A stretch of 64,000 nucleotides of DNA, from NCBI GenBank assembly GCA_965112735.1, contig OZ218955.1, positions 1,984,001 to 2,048,000 of the forward strand, read 5' to 3'. Below the pieces are notes generated by a model that had not been told where the DNA came from, did no database searches, and saw nothing but the letters and a program-made list of their open reading frames with translations. The stretch comes from Phaeosaccion multiseriatum. Lineage: Eukaryota > Protista > Ochrophyta, other classes. Shown piece after piece: positions 1 to 11,336 of this stretch. A program made the translations under genes and the position numbers. Within the stretch, counting starts at the first letter, position 1, and each line of letters starts with the position of its first letter.

Positions 1-55
1 GCCCCAACCTCCTGCATTCCCCCCTCCTTTGTGCTATCCCATTGTGCTGCCGCAG

Positions 56-2222
56 CTTGGCGATGGGGGTAACCAAGGAGGGGCCGGGATTCGAGGCTTT
101 AGATGGGGAGGCAGTGAGGGTAGGCATCATCAAGACGCGATGGAACCCCGAGATCATCGGCGGACTTAGTGAAGGAGTCAAGGAGGCACTCAAGAAGTGC
201 AACGTCACGGTGAGGAGAGGCATATTACCACTGCACCTGCTTCGTGACTGGCGTGCGAATCCTTAAAAGACCGTCCACGTCTTTCTCAGGCTTGACTCCT
301 CCCTGTCTCCCTCTCCCCCATCCGCTCGTCGTCCCTGCCCTCTTCTCTCTCTCTCTCTCTCTCTCTCGCCCCACAGGAGGCCAACATCTTCGAGACTGAG
401 GTGCCGGGAGCCTTCGAGCTTCCCCTCGCCGCAAAGTTCCTCGCCGCCTCCAACCGCGTGGACACCATCGTTTGTCTCGGCTGCCTCATCAAGGGCGACA
501 CCATGCACTTTGAGGTCCGTGTGCTGGCTTGTCACACACATGCACGTACATACACACACTCACACACATTCACACACTCACACAACACACGAGAAGCTCT
601 GTAGAGCACCATCTTTCCGATCAAGCGGAGTGATGGCAGCAGGCCCGCATTGACCCCTTGGCGCCTCTTTTCTCCATCTCTGCTCTCTCTGTCACCCCCT
701 CTCTCTCTCCTTCTCTCTTGTCTTATCTGTCACCCTCTCTCTCACCCTCCGCAGTACATCGCGGATGCCGTGTCCAAGGGGTTGATGAATGTAGGCCTCA
801 ACGCACAGGTGCCGGTGACCTTTGGGGTGCTCACCGTGCTGAATGAGCAACAAGCCAAGGATAGGTGAGAGAGAGAGAGAAAGAACAGAGAGAAGAGGAG
901 AGAAGGGGGAGGAAGAGAGATTGGATGGGAAAATGGCGAAAGGAGGCAAGCACGACAATTCCGAGAGAAAAGAGTGGAGCTCCGCGTCCCTCCTTGTTGT
1001 GCAGACCTGTTCTCCGACTTTCTGGTTCCTTTACTTTCCTCACCCACACATATACGCACCTCCGTGTTTGTTGTGTACTTTCTTCTCGTTCTGCTCTCCT
1101 CTCCTCTCCTCGGCTCTCCCTCATTCTACTTGGCTCTCCTCTACCCTACTCTACCCTCCTCTACTCGACTCTACCGTCCTGTGCTCTACTCTACCCTACT
1201 CTACCACCCTACTGTACCCTCCTCTACCCTCTTCTCCTCTACTCGACCCTCCTCTGCTCTCCTCTACTCAACCCTCCACTGCTTTCCCCTACCCTCCTCT
1301 GCTCTACTCTACTCTGCTCTACTCTACCCTCCTCTGCTCTACTCTACCCTCCTCTACCCTCCTCTACCCTACTCTACCCTCCTCTACCCTTCTCTGCTCT
1401 ACTCTCCTCTCCTCTACCCTCCTCTCTACTCTACCCTCGTCTCTCCTCTACCCTCCTCTGCTTTCCTCTACCCTCCTCTGCTTTCCTCTACTCTCCTCTA
1501 CCCTACTCTACCCTCCTCTACCCTTCTCTGCTCTACTCTCCTCTCCTCTACCCTCCTCTCTCCTCTACCCTCCTCTGCTTTCCTCTACCCTCCTCTGCTT
1601 TCCTCTACTCTCCTCTACCCTACTCTACCCTCCTCTGCTCTTCTCCACCCTTCACTGCTTTCCCCTACCCTCCTCCGCTTTCCTCTACCCTCCTCTGCTT
1701 TCCTCTACCCTCCTCTGCTCTACTCTACCCTTCTCTGCTCTACTCTCCTCTCCTCTACCCTCCTCTCTCCTCTACCCTCCTCTGCTTTCCTCTACCCTCC
1801 CCTGCTTTACTCTTCCCTCCTCTGCTCTACTCTACCCTCCTCTGCTTTCCTCTACCCTCCTCTGCTCTCCTCTACCCTCCTCTGCTCTCCTCTACCCTCC
1901 TTCCTCTGTTCTCCTCTACCCTCCTCTGCTCTACTCTGCTCTACTCTGCTCCACTCTCCCTCGCGAATATCGCAGGTCGTCTGGAGATAACAACCACGGG
2001 GTGGAGTGGGGCATGACTGCAGTAGAGATGGGCCTGCTAAGGATGTCCGCTCTGGGGCAGAAGGGTGGAGCAGCGGCGAAGGAGAAGGTGGTGTTTGGCA
2101 AGCTCGCGAGCAAGAAGGATGCGGCAAAAGGGAAGGAGGGCGAGAAGGACGAGGGAGACGGGGCAAAGAAGAAGGAAGCGGACGGGAAGGCACCTGCCAA
2201 GAAGCAAGGCATCGGCTTCTAG
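56..2222 (+). CDS. ribH: 6,7-dimethyl-8-ribityllumazine synthase (riboflavin synthase beta chain), spliced; 5' exon(s) probably outside window
   Basis: Exons 56-209, 377-514, 755-864, 1976-2222 join in frame across GT-AG introns: [80 protein letters not shown]. An acceptor-like cgcag at 51-55 precedes the ATG at 63. Confidence 0.95.
1095..1960. repeat. Pyrimidine-rich degenerate pentamer minisatellite (CTCTA/CCCTC/CTCTG) in lumazine synthase intron
   Basis: About 860 bp built almost entirely of CTCTA, CCCTC, CTCTG and CTTTC units; it creates the stop-free ORFs at 843, 865 and 974. Confidence 0.9.
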
Positions 2223-2832
2223 ACGACAGGAGAGGGGAGGATAAGAGAGGAGAGGAGAGGAAGAGGTATCACCACCACCTCGACGGGACCACCGAGGGTT
2301 TTGCAGATGGGAGATAGGGGGTAAAGGGGGGAGGGGGGGGGGGCTAGGAGAGGAGGGTGGGTGGGTGTGTGTATGTTAATAGATTATGGCCGGCCGCCGC
2401 GGAAGAGGAGGATGGAGCAGAGCTCTCTTCTGCACAGGGACGCCGTGGCAGAAAGGCAGGCGCAAGCGTAGGCGAGGGACTCAGAGACGGAGTGCTAGTT
2501 TTTATTTTATTTAAAACGGGATATGAGATCACTGGAGAGGCGTAGTAGCGTAGTAGAGCCGGAGAGGAGGAGGGCAAAACGGGAGGCACGGCGAACGACA
2601 GAAGCGTAGAGAGAGAGGACGCGGATCGTGAGCAGGGACGGGAGAAACAGAGGGAGAGCGGCGCGTAGAGAGAAAAAAAGAATCCTCGTGCCACCACCTT
2701 TTGTATTCATTGTATTACTTCAACTTATTTTTCAGTGATGCGGCGGTGGTGGGAAATGTGATCGAGCAGCTTGCCTCAGTGTATGGGATACGCAGGAGGA
2801 GGAGGAGGAGGAGAAGGGAGAGAGATCCAGAG

Positions 2833-3600
2833 TCGGCTCCAGACACGCCTAACGGGGTTGGTTCTAGATCTAGGCCGCTCGTAGGCCGCCGCTAGGCCGC
2901 TCCTAGGCCGCCTCTATGCCACCTCGCTGCGAGCGGGCGAGTGGGAGAGTGTGCCCATGCCCCCTTTTTCCCTTTTTTTTTCTCCGTAGCATATACTGCG
3001 CAGGGCGGGGGAGGGGGAAAAGGCAACAATTGCCGCCGGCCGGTAGGTCGCACGTCAGGACCACGGCAGCAGCACACCGGCCGGCAGGCTGGTACTCCTC
3101 TCGCAGGACAGCCGAGGCGCGCAAGCGACGCCCCCAATAAGTAGACTTCAATAATACGAGACATATGGGAGAGCTCCGGGCCAGCCACCAGCCAGCCAAA
3201 CCAGGGGCAAATTCCCCCCCTCGGCCTATCAGCCCCAGGCGAGGTTTCTCTGGCCCCCGATAAGCAGAAGCCAGAGGCGGCCTGCGACCAGCAGAAGCCA
3301 TCACCAGCGGCGGGAAAGAGTGACAAGCCAGAAGCCAGAGGCGGCCTACCGCCGAAAGCCGAGAAGGCAGCGTTGGCCTGCGGCCAGAAGCCCGAAGCCA
3401 GGAGGGGGCTACAGCCCAGAAGCAAGGAGCCAGAGAAAAAAACCTCGTGGGGGCCGACGGCCTTGCACGTCTTGCCGGCGCAGCCACGAGACCGCGGCCT
3501 AGAAATAGGCCGAGGCCCTCTCTGAAATAGGCCGAGGCCTTTTCTGGACCGAAAAATTTCTAAAGTGAAGGTCTAGGCCGCTAGGCGTATCTGGAGCCGA
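2833..3600. mobile_element. Non-autonomous TIR DNA element (MITE-like), TCGGC-terminus family
   Basis: Left end tcggctccagacacgcctaacgg and right end ccgctaggcgtatctggagccga form a 23-bp inverted repeat with 2 mismatches. Subterminal ctaggccg repeats and internal similarity to the 7241-7987 element. No clear TSD. Confidence 0.8.
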
Positions 3601-3928
3601 AGTTGCGAAGACAGGAGGAGGCCCAACCCTCTGCTTTTTGTCAAATGCTCTCTCCTCTCAAGCTCTCTTTGATTGTGCCGAGATCCGACGGCGGTGTAAC
3701 GGGCCTAACGGGCCACTTGAAAAATTGCGCCGTTCGCAAAGGCAAGAATGGCCAGGCTCCACTACAAGAAGCAACCGGAACGACACCTCACAGTGTCCCA
3801 CGTGACAACTCATCGCCTGTCATTTATATTCACCGCTCCTCCTCCGCCCATCCCTCCGTGTGCTGCTGTATCGCCCAAGAAGAAAGGGAGGACGAGGTCT
3901 CTATTTCCCGCGCCCTGAGAGCCTGGTC

Positions 3929-4429
3929 ATGAAGGCGGAGGGAAGACAGGTAAGCACGGTTGCTGGGGAGAGCTACACAACAGGGTCGGGACTGCACAAT
4001 TTAAAAACCGCTCTGGCAGCTTCCAAGCAAGTTACCTCCTCCTCCCTCCCTCCCTCCTGTGCGGCACTCTCGACGTGTCGCTGCATCACTTGCAAAAACA
4101 TCACGCAGATGTTTGCACTGGGCTTGGCATCCCTGGTTGGGATCCCCCTCGCCACCCCCACTGCGAAAACGGCTCTGCACACCGTCGCGAGGCGCCTACC
4201 CCCCTCCGAGGGTAAGTACTGGGGGAGTAGGGGATTGGGATGTTCATCCTTCCAGCGTATTGCTGAGATGGAAACCGCTTGCGGGAGAAGGCGACAAAGC
4301 CATGACCTAGGGACATCGAACAAATAGAACAGATGTGGTCGGACGGGTGAAACGGATGGGATGGTTGCAGGCTGATTGCCCTTGACGGAGACTGCAATAG
4401 CCTTCGAATCTTGATGAGCTGTGTGTGTG

Positions 4430-4460
<31 letters not shown>

Positions 4461-6715
4461 GCAACGGATGGCATGGTGATGGGTTCGGCAGAGACAGCGG
4501 CAGAATCCTTGCGACAGATATCTTCACAGTAAATGGATGGGGGGGGGGGGGGTTATCATCATCCGTCGTCCCCATGTTGAAGCAAGTTACAGCACGACAT
4601 TCATTCCCCCACCCCATCCCCATCCTCTGTCTACTCCCCCCCTCGTTGACACACCGCAGAGTACACCTATGCCCCGCTGTGCCCCGAGGAAGGCCCCTGC
4701 TCGAGCTGCTCCCCGGATGGGAGGGAGTACCTGACCAGATACGGAAAGATCGTTCGCGAAGACTCGTCCTGCGAGGTGGACCCAGGCATTCACTGCAACT
4801 TTTGGGGCAAGGAGGGCTGCCGGGCCTGCTTCACGAATTGTGAAGGAGCGATTCAGTATGAGGAGGACGGACTCCCCATGGAGGAGATAATCTTCTGCGA
4901 CCCGGAGTTTACATACGCGGACTGCTTCACCCCCGAGCCAACCCCTACCCCGACGGCAGGTAAGAGGGGGGGGGGTCTTGCAACCTTCTTGTACATGCTT
5001 TCCTCTGCCCTCCCTCTCCCTCGCAATCTCATCACTCACACACACATACGTATAGAACACTCACTCATTCTCTCTCACACGCGCATAGAACACTCACCCA
5101 TTCTCTCTTTCTCCGTTTCACACACACATGCGCATGGACACTCACTTGCTCACTCACTCACTCACTCACCCCGTTTCTGCCACCGTTGCTGCTGCCGTGT
5201 GTGCGTTTCTTCCCCCCCCACTGTACTCTTTACCTTTCTTTGCACAGCGCCCACCATAGCCCCTACCGCCCCACCAACGGCTGTACCCACTGCCCCACCG
5301 ACGGCTGAGCCCACCTCCCCACCGACGGCTGTACCCACCTCTCCACCGACGGCTGTACCCACCTCTCCACCGACGTCTGTACCCACCTCTCCACCGACGG
5401 CTGTACCCACTGCTCCACCAATGGCTGTACCCACTGCTCCACCGACGGCTGTACCCACTGCTCCACCAACGGCTGAGCCCACCTCCCCACCAACGGCTGA
5501 GCCCACCTCCCCGCCGACGGCTGTACCCACCTCTCCACCAACGGCTGTACCCACTGCTCCACCCACGCTTCCACCGACCCAGCCTCCCACAATGCCACCC
5601 ACCCTTCCACCCACCCTTCCGCCCACGGTCGAGGAGACCCTCATCCCGGACGTTATCACGGCGCCTCCGACAGCTACGCCAACGACTCCGCCGACGGTTT
5701 CACCAACGGCCCCTCCCACACTGCCACCCACGGCGCCTCCTACAACCCCTCCCACCAGCCCGCCCACGACACCGCCCACCCCTCCGCCTACTGTCGAGGA
5801 GACGCTCACCCCGGACGTCGTCACGGACCCTCCCACGCTTCCACCAACGGCACCACCCACGGCAACTCCCACAATGCCACCCACCAACCCGCCCACAGTG
5901 CCACCCACTAGCCCACCCACCACGGCCGCTACCCCTCCTCCTAGCGAGGAGCCTCTCATCCCTGACGTCACGGCCCCTCCTACTGAGGAGGAACCCCTTG
6001 CTCCGGACGACTCGACGTGTGAATGTGAGATTCCCTCGGAGTGTGCGGTTACAGATGTTGACGTGGCCTACCTCCAAATCTTTGACGAGTGCCTGGCGAT
6101 CAACGAGGAGTGCGTCACGGGTCCAAACATGCCGTCTCATTGCAACATGTTCGGTTCGGGCCAGGCATGTCAAGGCTGCTTCCTCAGGTTGGTTGGTGGG
6201 TTGGGTGGTGGGTTGGTTGGTTGATTCGCTGGTTGCTTACTTGGTTGATTGGTTGGTTGGTTTGAAAGGGCGGGGTCTCTTGTTCCTTCCATCACTCCAC
6301 GTCCCGCCTTTCTGACCTCTGTGTTTCTGTCTCTCCTCCTTCCTCCCCCCTGTTCTGTGTACCTGCCTTTGCCATTCCATCCCCTCTCCTCTCCTCTGCG
6401 GTACCCTGCTCTCCCCTCTGCAGCTGCGAGGGCGCCCATGAGTACCTCCAGTCCTTCCCCGATGCCCCGGCCTCGGAGTTCCATTTCTGCGCGTGCACGG
6501 AGCTGACCTACGAGCTGTGCTTCACCACGACCACCACGGAAGCACCCCTCGGCGACACGACCGCGGAAGACGACGTGTGTGCGTGTGACGGTTACGGAGA
6601 GACTTGCTTCACCGACGAATCGTGTGCCCCTGGCAAGCTGGGCTGTAACGTCAAGGGTGTAGCTTCGTGCAGATTCTGTGGCTTCTCTGTCTACGCTGGC
6701 ATTGCCTGCCCCTAA
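3929..6715 (+). CDS. Secreted Cys-rich protein with Pro/Thr-rich mucin-like stalk (putative cell-surface/wall glycoprotein)
   Basis: Exons 3929-3949, 4109-4211, 4660-4959, 5248-6187, 6424-6715 are phase-consistent. Hydrophobic N-terminus (MFALGLASLVGIPLA), two related Cys domains (HCN.G..C..CF..CEGA..Y...FC...TY..CF), PTAPPTAV repeats and a C-terminal C..D.SC..G.LGC...G...CRFCGF..Y..I.C module. Confidence 0.8.
5248..5990 (+). repeat. Coding 24-bp/12-bp tandem repeats (PTAPPTAV / PTxP)
   Basis: Repeated ccaccgacggctgtacccac units translate as PT(A/S)PPTA(V/E). Confidence 0.9.
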
Positions 6716-7240
6716 GTTTTTCATGGGGTGGGAGGGGCGAAGAAGAGAAGGACGTTCCATCGACTCGGAGACTGCTGATCAAGTACAGGTGTCTTCCGCG
6801 CCAATCAATCAATCGATTCAAGGAACGAGAATGAGCTAAGCCCAGGGCGGGAACAGCGGGATGAGCCGAGTATCCACGCACACACCCTTTGGGGGAGTGC
6901 AGACAGACTCGTCTCGATATACAACATGTCCCGCACCGTTACTGACTTACTCAACTTCCTCACCCCCTCTCCTCTCCCTCCCCTCTCTTTTTTTACTACT
7001 TCGTAGTACTATTTTTGATATTTTGCGTGCCGTTTCGTGTTTGTGTCCCGCCCGTGTTTGTGTCCCGGCCGGCTCTGTGTGAGCCCGATGGATAATTCCA
7101 TCCTCAATTTTTTTTTAATTATTAAAAGCCGGCTCTATACTCACCATTGCGTGTTACGGTACGCTCGTACGCGGTAGCGCCCTTTCTCTCAACGTACTGA
7201 AGGGTCATTGCGGCCTAAAAGAAGGGATACAAGGATAAAT

Positions 7241-7987
7241 TCGGCCCCGTGCACGCCTAGCGGCCTAGGCTCTAGGCCGCTAGGCCGCTCGGCCTTCGGC
7301 CGAAATAGGCCTAGGCCGGCGGCCTCCGGCCGCTCTAGGCCGCTCACTTTTCAGCCCTAGGCGGTCTATAGCCCGCCTCTAGGCAGGCAGCCTCCCAGTG
7401 ACCGTGGGCGCGTGCGTGGTGCCGCCCAGCCAGTGGGTAGCAGCACACCTGTAGGCCTGCACTCCTCGTAGGGCCAGCGAGGCGGAAAGAGACAACACGA
7501 ACCAAGTCAAGTCTACTCCTCCCTTTTCCTTAACATTTGCTTAAAACTGACGACACTTGGGCGGGTTCCGGGCCAGCCCAGGGGCATATAGTTGGCGTCT
7601 CCCCTAGGCCGCGGGCCTCCGGCCCCCGCCTAGGCCGCCGTCTAGGCGGCCTACAAATAGGCCGAGGGCCTACGGCCCTCACGGCCCTCGCTAGGCCGGG
7701 CAATTTTCCAAAATAGGCCTAGGCCGCTAGGCTCGGCCCCTGACAAGGTTCTGAGGCGACCCTGGCCAGAACCTGGAACCTGGCCGGCTGACGCCAGCCA
7801 GAACCTGGAACCTGGCCGGCTGACGCCGGCCAGAACCTGGAACCCAGGTTCTACCAGGTTCAGGGGACCTTATCATTGCCTTATTACACGGCTTTTTCCG
7901 GGGAACCTGGAACCTGGCCGGCTGACGCCGGCCAGAACCTGGAACCCAGAACCTTGTCAGGGGCCGACTAGGCGTGCACGGGGCCGA
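7241..7987. mobile_element. Non-autonomous TIR element with 7-bp TSD (GATAAAT), carrying a nested element
   Basis: tcggccccgtgcacgcctag (7241-7260) is the exact reverse complement of 7968-7987. gataaat flanks both sides (7234-7240, 7988-7994). The TIR extends to 30 bp once the nested insert is removed. Confidence 0.9.
7733..7967. mobile_element. Nested 235-bp MITE with 21-bp TIR and 6-bp TSD (CTAGGC)
   Basis: tcggcccctgacaaggttctg ... cagaaccttgtcaggggccga perfect TIR; ctaggc duplicated at 7727-7732 and 7968-7973; internal 32-bp direct repeats (gccagaacctggaacctggccggctgacgcc). Confidence 0.9.
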
Positions 7988-8231
7988 GATAAATCAGAAT
8001 CGTTGTCCAGTTGTGACTCAAGAGTAGATTCCAATACCTTTTTTCTCTCCCTTCAGAGGTACGCAATCTTCCCCCTCTCCACCATCCTCTCTCCGACAGT
8101 TGGCCCTATTCATCCTCTTCTTCTTTTCTTCCTTCTCTCCCTTCCCCTCTCTCTCCTCTCCTTAAACCCCTTTCGTTCTCTTTTCTCCTCGCTCCTCCCT
8201 TGCTCTCTCTCTCTCTGCCCCCTCTTTCAGA

Positions 8232-9409
8232 ATGTCGTGCTACATCATTGAGCGCTCGCCCGATGCTGTGAGGGCTGCTGCCGATGCGAAGCTCCAAATC
8301 TTGCTCCCTCTAGAGTTTAAGATGACCAATGGGCTGAGAGTCCAGATTTTCAGGCTCGACAGAAGCAACAAGGAAGAGCTCGACATTCTCCACCATCTCT
8401 TGAACGAAGAGGTGAGGGTGGGAGGGGAGGTGAAGGGGGAAGGGTGTGCGTGTGTTGATCCAGACATCTTGACATTTCCTGCTCGTTGTAGATCAGGGCA
8501 GGAACGTATCCGCAAGACCGGGAGCTGGACATTCAGGGCTTTCTGGCATACTACTGTAGCGAGAGTGTCTTCGTTGCACGAGCCTTGGTACCGGACGAGA
8601 CCGAAGCAGCAGCAGGAACGACCTTTGAGCTGTGCGGCTCTTTCTATGTCAAAAAGAACTTCCCCGGCAGATGCGATCACATTTGCAACGGAGGATTTCT
8701 CGTTCGAAAGGGTTGGCGGGGCAAGGTGAGCGAGCACGTGAGCATGATTTCTGTGTATCTGATCCTCTTTAGAACCTTCAGCAGCCCTCACCCGCCCTCC
8801 CTTCTTCCCTCCCTCCCCCTCGTTGCTGCTGCTCACTACCGACATGGCCGAGGGAGCAGGGGGTTGGCAAGGCTCTGGGCTCTGCCTTCCAGCAGGTGGC
8901 CCCCGCCCTGGGCTTTCGGGCCTCTTTCTTCAACCTCGTGTTTGTGGACAACCCCGCGTCCATCGCCCTCTGGGATGGGCTGGGCTTTCGTAGGGTAGGG
9001 CGGTGCGTTGAGTGTTGAGAGAGAGAGAAAGGGAGGAAGGAGGAGGGGAGAGAGAGAGAGAGAGAGAGAGGGAGGGGAGAAGGAGGGGCTTACAGCAGTC
9101 ACAGCAGGGGGCTTGCCTATCGCCTGTGATTTGTCCCATGACGATTGTTTTGCTGTGTACCGAACCCAACCCGTGGGTCTTCCTCGTCCCCTCCTGCCTC
9201 CCCGCGTCACTTAAGCGAGCGCCTTTCTACGCCCTCCTACTTTTTCCTCATGTGATGTCCTCCTTCTGCGGCTGCTGCTTCCTGCCAGGGTCCCCGAGGC
9301 GAAGATTATCGAAGATGGGACCGGTGTTGACGCTCTCATGTACTACATGTGCTTTGATGTTGGTACCGAGAAGGAGGACAAGGACAAAGAACAGGTGGAA
9401 AGTGTGTGA
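8232..9409 (+). CDS. GNAT N-acetyltransferase, Mpr1 (azetidine-2-carboxylate acetyltransferase)/Spt10-like
   Basis: Exons 8232-8411, 8492-8725, 8860-9002, 9289-9409: LNEEIRAGTYPQ..GSFYVKKNFPGRCDHICNGGFLV..WRGKGVGKALG..FFNLVFVDNPASIALWDGLGFRRVGRVPEA, characteristic of this subfamily. Confidence 0.88.
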
Positions 9410-9522
9410 CTGACAATGGCTCGGAAGGAGTAGGGAGAGGGCACGCTCACCACGTATGTGTTGGAGGAGACGACGGAGTGTGTTTGTCTGGCCGTAGGCT
9501 GCGCCGCCCTTGCTCCGCTGGG

Positions 9523-9650
9523 CGAGGAGGAGGAAGAGGAGGAGGCGGAGGAGGAGGAGGAGGAGGAGGATGATGATGATGATGATGAGGAGGAGGAGGA
9601 GGAGGAGGAGGAGGAGGAGGAGGAGGAGGAGGAGGAGGAGAAGGAGGAGG
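9523..9650. repeat. (GAG)n/(GAT)n trinucleotide microsatellite downstream of the GNAT stop
   Basis: Visible GAG/GAT run. Confidence 0.9.
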
Positions 9651-10667
9651 CAGTGCGCTGGGGGAAGTACTCTGGGCTGAAAGGTCTCCACGCTGGTCCA
9701 ACCTATAGCTGAGCGGCGTCAGCAGGGAGACCCGGCCCAACCAGGGACAACTCTCCCGTTTTGGTTGTGCCATCGTACGACGACCCAGACCCTACCGATG
9801 GCCACACCATGAGCCTACCCTCCTGTCTGCCTTTCTTCCCTCTCTCTCGTCCCTCCCTCCCCACCATCTGACACGTTTGACGCTGGACTACGCTGCTAGG
9901 GCGGTCCGTTGTCGCACCGAGGTCTTAAGGCAAAGAAGGGGTCAGCGAGACATAAAACTGACACTCAAGCGTAGCGGAGGAGAGGAGTGGGGTGGGCGGT
10001 AGAAGAGGGCCTTGTCAAGGGGGATGGTGCAACCCTTCGTCCCAGTGTGGCTCCCACCTCGGTACCCACTCCAAAGGATGGTTTAACCGCCTCCCCTCCC
10101 TGCCTCTCCTTTTTGGCTGTGGAGCCCTCCAGACCGGCCCTTTCGGTAGACGGTGGATGGATGGGACACTGCGCGAGAGGGAGTGCGCGCACACGCACCC
10201 GCACAACCACCAGCGGAAGAGGCCCCCGGTGGGTAAGCTTGGCGTGTGTTTGGGGGCGGGATGCCTTTTTTGAGAAGCCCCCCGCGGAGCCCCCCCGGAG
10301 AAGGGGGGGAAGGACGTCGCCTAGCCAGGGTCTTCGCTTTGGAGTATGCGGCGCTCAGGACATCGCCCCGGCTCTTGGGAAGGAGAAGAGCAACGAGAAC
10401 GGACCGCTCCTTCACTTCCATGTAGCGTCCCTTGCCCAAGGGCAAACTCACGGCTTGTCCAAACAACCAAGAGCTACGTATCATTTTTTTGTTTTGAAAG
10501 AAAGGGGTGACTAACTAACATATGCGTGCGTGTGTGTTTGTGGCTTCTCTCGCCCGACGACTTGAGCTTTCTTTTCTCTCTCTCTCTTTCCTAAGAGCCA
10601 ATTACAATCCACACCTCATGGGGTACGTGGGCAGAGAACGTGGTTCGAAAGATAGGCGCAGAGTCCA

Positions 10668-10715
<48 letters not shown>

Positions 10716-11336
10716 TCTCTATCTGTCTCTCTCTCTCGCTCTTCCTTGGTCATCATCCATCAGCTGCCATCTCCTACACACAGCACGATAGGTAGGACGG
10801 CCCGCACACCGCACTCGGCCGAGTGCGGAAACCTCTCGGCCCATCACCACACTTGCCCTCGGCCCTGGCCCAGTCTTCCATCTTCTGCCTCTGCCTTCCG
10901 TGCCATGCTTCCGCTGAGTATGACTCCGGCCACCTGCTGCCTTGCGACGGCCCTTGGGTTGCAGACACTCTTTGAGGTCCGTTTCCGTTCGTCGCCGTTC
11001 CACGCGAATGGACACAAGTGGGCAAGTCGACAAGTCTGTCTGTCTTCATGTCTGCCTCGCGCATGAGCAGTGTCAGTGTTCCCCGTCCTCGCCCCTGGCA
11101 GCCAAGCTTCTCCTCTTCGCTCCCTTCTCTCGCGCCCCACCCCCAGGCCCATTCCCAATGGACGCCCCTCTCCCTCCAAGCATAGACAACCAACCAACCA
11201 ACCAACCAACCAACCTACCAACCAACCACCATCCTCGCAGAGCATAGGTAGAGGCAGAGGGTGCCTCTGTCCTTCCATCGAAGGAACTCAAGCCAACCCA
11301 GCCAGAGGTCAACCAACCAACCTCCCACCATCCTCG

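Noticed and set aside
843-2016. Long Leu/Ser/Pro-rich ORFs (459, 383, 338 aa)
   Set aside because: Stop-free translation of an intronic pyrimidine satellite; only 1976-2222 is real coding sequence.
2892-3502. ORFs inside the TIR element as a possible transposase
   Set aside because: Short and GC-driven, with no DDE or DNA-binding motifs.
7765-7946. 32-bp direct repeats resembling a CRISPR array
   Set aside because: Head-to-tail without unique spacers, inside a MITE, in a eukaryotic context with no cas genes.
9248-9773. Poly-E / poly-L / poly-P ORFs
   Set aside because: Trinucleotide microsatellite downstream of the GNAT stop; no coding context.
9965-11330. Cluster of overlapping 60-190 aa ORFs
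   Set aside because: No recognisable domain or consistent splice structure; probably UTR or intergenic.
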